IMG/VR virus record: IMGVR_UViG_3300046820_002629
Coordinates: 1-30,590 of that record
DNA from: a virus
Lineage: Duplodnaviria > Caudoviricetes
Strand: one strand, 5' to 3'
DNA length: 30,590 bases
Position numbers and translations under genes: made by a program. The notes beneath the pieces were generated by a model. That model made no database searches. It was not told where the DNA came from and saw only the letters and a list, made by a program, of their open reading frames with translations. Positions 26,501-30,590 of this stretch are shown in pieces. Position 1 is the first letter of the stretch; each line of letters starts with the position of its first letter.

Positions 26501-26785
26501 TTATATTTCTTCGTTTATTATTCCGTTTTGTATTAGGGTGTTAAAAGCTAAATTAAATGACAATGAACCAGAAGTGTCTTTTAAAGATGACAACATATCA
26601 TCTTCACCGGCGTCGTCAAATTCGTTTAAAACTCTCTCTAACATCATTTTTATTAATTCATATTTAAAGACATTTATCTCAATAACTTCCTTACCGTCTT
26701 CATCATTTATTGTACCACCTGTTTTACATTTTTCGACAATTCCGTCTATATCAATGTAATAATCTTTTCCGTAAAATTTATGCAT
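26501..26785 (-). CDS. Hypothetical protein
   Basis: 94-aa ORF overlapping the upstream gene by 8 nt. Confidence 0.75.
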   Translation of the reverse strand: MHKFYGKDYYIDIDGIVEKCKTGGTINDEDGKEVIEINVFKYELIKMMLERVLNEFDDAGEDDMLSSLKDTSGSLSFNLAFNTLIQNGIINEEI

Positions 26786-27410
26786 CTAATAGTTTTTGAT
26801 CTTCTTTATTAAATGTTATATGATTTTGATTATCAATAACAATATCACTTAATTTATTGATTTTTTTATCATAAGTAAAGAAATTGTTATAAGTTGTTTC
26901 AAATAATATAAATTCTTTATTTTCTGGTTTCAGTTCTAATATCTTTTTATTGTCTGAAATCCACACATCGGCGTTTTCCCATTCTTGGGTGATATTTTCG
27001 CTAATAATAAATTTAATATTGTTTGGCATGAACCCACTTCTAGCTAAGAAAAAAAATGTTGCTGGTTTTGCTTTACCAAATTCGTCTAAACCAACTAAGA
27101 AAATTTGGTGATCTTTATAATCATAGACAAACTTGTTAAACTCGTTGTATACATTAGGGTAGCTAACTGGAGAGTGGCCATAAAGTTCCATCGGGTACTC
27201 CACATATTGAAAATAATCACCTTGTTCTTTTGATTGAAAAGCAAAGTGGTCACTAATATTTAAATTAGTTATAGGTTCTATAACCTTATATTCAAATGTA
27301 TCAGTTGATTCTTCGTCAACCTCAACATTGATATACGCATTTTCATAATGATAATGAAATCTGTTTATAAAATTACGCAAAACCCCATCGATTGAAATAT
27401 AGATATTCAT
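26778..27410 (-). CDS. HAD-fold 5'(3')-deoxyribonucleotidase-like protein with a degenerate active site
   Basis: IYISIDGVLRNF (motif I, D to S) and DVWISDN (motif IV, D to S). Confidence 0.65.
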   Translation of the reverse strand: MNIYISIDGVLRNFINRFHYHYENAYINVEVDEESTDTFEYKVIEPITNLNISDHFAFQSKEQGDYFQYVEYPMELYGHSPVSYPNVYNEFNKFVYDYKDHQIFLVGLDEFGKAKPATFFFLARSGFMPNNIKFIISENITQEWENADVWISDNKKILELKPENKEFILFETTYNNFFTYDKKINKLSDIVIDNQNHITFNKEDQKLLDA

Positions 27411-27453
27411 ATTTCAAAAGATAGGGTTTATTTTAAAGAAAGTAAATGAGTTA

Positions 27454-28182
27454 TTACTCGTAACGATTTAAAATCTCACCAATAATTGGATTTCTAACAA
27501 TGTCTTCTGGACCAAATTCAAAGATACCAATACCTTTTACACCACCAAGTCTTTTCTTGGCATCATATAAACCGGATTTAGTTTTATCTTTAAATTTATC
27601 TGATTGTTCTAGGTCACCAGATAGGAAAAACTTAGAATTAAAACCAATACGTGTTAGTAATAATTTAATTTGTGCTGGAGTAGCATTTTGTGCTTCTTCA
27701 AAAACCAATATGGTGTTATCCACATTCCACCCTCTCATGTAAGCTAATGCAGCAACTTCAATATAACCTTCGTCTTTTAGTTGTTCTCTAGCTTCTTTAC
27801 CAATTATTTTATTTAACAAATAATATGATGGGTAAATGTATGGATCTAATTTTTCTTCTAAACCACCAGGTAATGAACCTAGTTTTTCTTCTGCTTCAAC
27901 TGCTGGTCTAACAATAATAATCTTTTCATATTTGTTATCATCATCATGCAATAAATCAACTGCTCGTTTCATTGCTATATATGATTTACCAACACCCGCA
28001 GGTCCAAAACATAGAGTGATTTGATTATCACCTAATATTTTCCAGTATTCCTCTTGTGATTTTGTTAGAAATTTTTCCTTTGGTTTTTTAATTATTTCTC
28101 TGATTCTCTGCTTATGCGGTATCTTTTTCTCTTCTACCGCAACTAGTGGGTAGTTTCTTCCTGTTTTAGGTTTTAATGCCAA
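27454..28182 (-). CDS. phoH: PhoH-family ATPase
   Basis: GPAGVGKS, IVRPAVEAEEKLGSLPG, EKLDPY, LAYMRG, EEAQN, LLTRIG, GDLEQSD, DIVRNP; TTG start. Confidence 0.93.
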   Translation of the reverse strand: MALKPKTGRNYPLVAVEEKKIPHKQRIREIIKKPKEKFLTKSQEEYWKILGDNQITLCFGPAGVGKSYIAMKRAVDLLHDDDNKYEKIIIVRPAVEAEEKLGSLPGGLEEKLDPYIYPSYYLLNKIIGKEAREQLKDEGYIEVAALAYMRGWNVDNTILVFEEAQNATPAQIKLLLTRIGFNSKFFLSGDLEQSDKFKDKTKSGLYDAKKRLGGVKGIGIFEFGPEDIVRNPIIGEILNRYE

Positions 28183-28213
28183 AGTATGTAGTTTTTAATA
28201 ATCTTTTATTACC

Positions 28214-28221
28214 TATAAATA
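28214..28221 (-). promoter_or_regulatory. Putative late promoter motif TATTTATA upstream of phoH
   Basis: Begins immediately after the dUTPase stop codon. Confidence 0.5.
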
Positions 28222-28839
28222 TCACTTAATTCCACTAGAATTGAATCCACCGTCCCCTCTGGTAGTCTCATTAATCCCATCGGTTTTTGTTAAAATAACC
28301 CTACCTTCACCGAATACCGGCATAATAACAGCTTGAGCGATTCTATCCCCTTTTTGGATTAAATAAGGTTCCTCACCTAAATTAATTAATGGTACTTTAA
28401 CTTCACCCCTATAATGGCTGTCAACTGTTCCTGGGGTATTTAACACAGTAATTCCGTGTTTTATTGCTAAACCACTTCTGGGTCTAACTTGTATCTCAGT
28501 ACCTTTTTCAAGCTCAAAATATAAACCAGTTGGTACTAATACACGTTTAAAGGGATCTAAAATAATATCACTTTCAATGTCAGCTCTTAAATCAAATCCG
28601 CTATCACCTTCATATGCAAATTTAGGGTCTACATTTGTAGATTTATTAATGTACTTTACCGAAAGCTTTGAATATTCTTCTTTTTGAGCGTTATATATTT
28701 CGGTGTTTAACTCATCTAATGTTAAGTTTATTTGCTCTGCCAATTGATTATCAATTGTGTCATCACTTTCATCTGTTGATAACAATTTTTCGTACTCCTT
28801 TAATTTGTCTAAAATTTCTTGGAAATTATTTTGTTCCAT
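28222..28839 (-). CDS. dut: Trimeric dUTPase with an N-terminal helical extension
   Basis: All five motifs present: SGFDL, RPRSGL, GTVDSHYRGEV, GDRIAQ, RGDGGFNSSG. ATG at 28839 preferred over TTG at 28851. Confidence 0.92.
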   Translation of the reverse strand: MEQNNFQEILDKLKEYEKLLSTDESDDTIDNQLAEQINLTLDELNTEIYNAQKEEYSKLSVKYINKSTNVDPKFAYEGDSGFDLRADIESDIILDPFKRVLVPTGLYFELEKGTEIQVRPRSGLAIKHGITVLNTPGTVDSHYRGEVKVPLINLGEEPYLIQKGDRIAQAVIMPVFGEGRVILTKTDGINETTRGDGGFNSSGIK

Positions 28840-29395
28840 ATTTTTCTTCAATTAATGCTAATTCAAAACCATGTTTCATAACTTGACTTAAAATCATTGA
28901 ATACCATTTAGCCATCTTATCTTCTGAATCCTTATCTATGTTTATGATAGCTTGATATTCATCTTCTTCTAAGTTACAACCAAATTTAGTTGCATAGTAG
29001 GCACTTCTTTCACCTACTTTCATTGCAGCCATTCCTTCTGTTTTATAGACATACATTTTACCTAAATTGGTTCTATGCCATTCGCTGTCATTTAATTTAA
29101 AAAGAAATACTTTTCCTATTTGGGATAGAAAAACAGTTTTGATTATTTTTTCTTTATTTAATTTTATTTTATCTGGTAATATTTCATTTATGTTTAATGC
29201 GTACTTACATACTTTCATTAAATGATCTAAAAGACCACCAGGATAACAACCATATAAATCTAAAGAAGGAGATGCTGGGGCATGATAAAAATCATCCCCC
29301 AGAAACTCCTCCAGTTCTTTTGTAAAAATACTGTATCTCTCGTTAGTTTCTTGAAATTTTTGTTTGTTCTTTTCAATTCTATCCTTTGAGATCAT
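28826..29395 (-). CDS. HD-domain (YhaM/Cbf1-like) protein with a degenerate HD motif
   Basis: APAS...YPGGLLDH...FLSQIGK (canonical LLHDIGK). Start moved to ATG 29395. Confidence 0.68.
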   Translation of the reverse strand: MISKDRIEKNKQKFQETNERYSIFTKELEEFLGDDFYHAPASPSLDLYGCYPGGLLDHLMKVCKYALNINEILPDKIKLNKEKIIKTVFLSQIGKVFLFKLNDSEWHRTNLGKMYVYKTEGMAAMKVGERSAYYATKFGCNLEEDEYQAIINIDKDSEDKMAKWYSMILSQVMKHGFELALIEEKYGTK

Positions 29396-29399
29396 ATTT

Positions 29400-29630
29400 T
29401 TATTTGTAATATTCTGGTGTGTTTTTCTCGTCAATAACACACTCAATTTGCATCTTAGCGACGCTTAGGCTTTCGCTACCTCGGATATCCCCTGAGCGAT
29501 ATTTTGCTGCAACAATCGTTGCTTCTTCAACCGAGTTAGCTTGCAAAACATACTTAACTTTTTTAATTCTTGGGTTACCCTCTCTGTCCGTTTGTTCAGT
29601 CTCGTAACCAATTGTAATTAGATAATACAT
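29400..29630 (-). CDS. Small protein resembling Bacteroidetes DUF4494
   Basis: YLITIGYE...EG...KKVKYVLQANSVEEA pattern (recognised from memory, not searched). Confidence 0.55.
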   Translation of the reverse strand: MYYLITIGYETEQTDREGNPRIKKVKYVLQANSVEEATIVAAKYRSGDIRGSESLSVAKMQIECVIDEKNTPEYYK

Positions 29631-29655
29631 AATTTTTATATTTTAATGTTCACTA

Positions 29656-29687
29656 CTAATATAGTTAATTAACTTTAAAAAAACAAA
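29656..29687 (-). promoter_or_regulatory. Host-type promoter variant
   Basis: Minus strand TTTG (29687-29684), 20-nt spacer, TATATTAG (29663-29656); one mismatch to TAnnTTTG and the same spacing as the clpC promoter. Confidence 0.5.
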
Positions 29688-29700
29688 AATCGGGTAAAAA

Positions 29701-30590
29701 TTATTTATTAACAATTGATTTCAGGAATTGAACTCTATCGTTGCATACTTTTTTTAAGGAATAAGTGTCTTTAACTGTTTCGTATAACCTGTTTCCTAAA
29801 TCTTCAACTAAAGCTGGGTTTTCCACCAATCTTTTCATATGTTTAGCCCATTCTTTATGGTTTTTTCTTTCTGGAACCAACAAAGCGTTACCTTTATCGT
29901 TAAACACACCACTATCAACAGCAGACACCAAATCTATTGTATAAGGACAGGTTTCACTAGCAATAATTGCTTTTTTATGGAATCCGGCTTCAATCACCTT
30001 TAATTGAGATTTACAAGAATTAAAAAACGATTCAACAAGTGGTGCTAATGAAACGTCAAAATAATTGTAGTTCATCGCGTACTTACTAATATCTTGTGTC
30101 CATCTTCTGATATATGGAACATCCATCGAGGGGTAATCACCCTCTTTAAACGATGTTAAGAAATTTTTATAATCATTATCTAAAACCTTATATGAACTGG
30201 TAAAAATACTTTCATATTTACTCCAAACCGTTTCATGTGGCATTATAGGTCTTTGTTTTTGTTGACCGGTAGTTCTATCTATCTCAGTAACCGTACCTCT
30301 TAAATCAAAACCACATAGAACAAACTGAGTTTTATTTAAGTAGCTATTTTGTGTGCTCTCAATACCAGATTTTAATAATTCAATATCATGTAAGTGTGAT
30401 GATCCACCTAACCAGCCAAATCTTAGTCTATCTGATTTAATTGGGTTTGGTTTAAATTGAGGCTCGTTTTCATCAACTGCATTAGGAAAAACAAAAACAT
30501 TATCTCTTAGTCCTAATCTTTTTTTAATTTCAGTTGCAAAGAATGAGGTTGTACATGTAACATAATCAACCAACTTTAAAAGTTCTGCTT
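29701..30590 (-). CDS. Glycosyltransferase, GT-B fold (5' end outside the window)
   Basis: VFPNAVD, RFGWLGGSSHLHDI, FDVSLAPL...FNSCKSQLKVIEAG. The frame stays open to the window edge (..AELLKLVDY), so TTG 30573 is probably not the start. Confidence 0.85.
   Translation of the reverse strand, partial: AELLKLVDYVTCTTSFFATEIKKRLGLRDNVFVFPNAVDENEPQFKPNPIKSDRLRFGWLGGSSHLHDIELLKSGIESTQNSYLNKTQFVLCGFDLRGTVTEIDRTTGQQKQRPIMPHETVWSKYESIFTSSYKVLDNDYKNFLTSFKEGDYPSMDVPYIRRWTQDISKYAMNYNYFDVSLAPLVESFFNSCKSQLKVIEAGFHKKAIIASETCPYTIDLVSAVDSGVFNDKGNALLVPERKNHKEWAKHMKRLVENPALVEDLGNRLYETVKDTYSLKKVCNDRVQFLKSIVNK

Noticed and set aside
26735-26765. YYIDIDGIV in the 94-aa ORF as a HAD motif I complementing the degenerate neighbour
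   Set aside because: The rest of the protein shows no HAD features and a match this short is plausible by chance.
1-30590. Alternative genetic code, introns, inteins or homing endonucleases
   Set aside because: Core genes are full length and densely packed under the standard code, TAG (clpC) and TGA (dut, ORF 12247) act as plausible stops, and no intein or LAGLIDADG/GIY-YIG/HNH motifs were seen.

Overview
This window is an AT-rich, gene-dense fragment of a large T4-like (probably jumbo) phage genome, most likely infecting a Bacteroidetes/Flavobacteria-type host. Host evidence: a Bacteroidetes-style bS21, TTTG-N20-TAnnTTTG host-type promoters, no evident Shine-Dalgarno sites, a DUF4494-like ORF and a lipoprotein with D(S/T)(A/T) motifs. 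From left to right: a partial lipoprotein gene, a structured intergenic element, a divergent ClpC-like ATPase/Hsp20 pair, a KTSC protein and a nucleotidyltransferase, then the head module (large terminase, gp20-like portal, antisense ribosomal protein bS21, gp21 protease, gp22-like scaffold, gp23 major capsid). A minus-strand block follows, with putative internal-head proteins, baseplate/spike proteins, a gp55-like sigma factor, three glycosyltransferases, PhoH, dUTPase and two catalytically degenerate phosphohydrolases. The most interesting signal is a coherent candidate late-expression system. A TATTTAT(A/T/G) motif, the reverse complement of the T4 late promoter TATAAATA, lies on the sense strand upstream of most late genes, often only 3-4 nt before the ATG (implying leaderless mRNAs), in a window that also encodes a candidate cognate sigma factor and a bS21. 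Other highlights: a ~100-nt structured RNA candidate bounded by this motif and a terminator; a 14-bp inverted repeat encoding near-identical C-termini of two convergent genes; an operator-like repeat array between clpC and hsp20; and modular basic proteins with putative capsid-targeting and protease-cleavage motifs. All calls come from reading motifs by eye; no searches were run.
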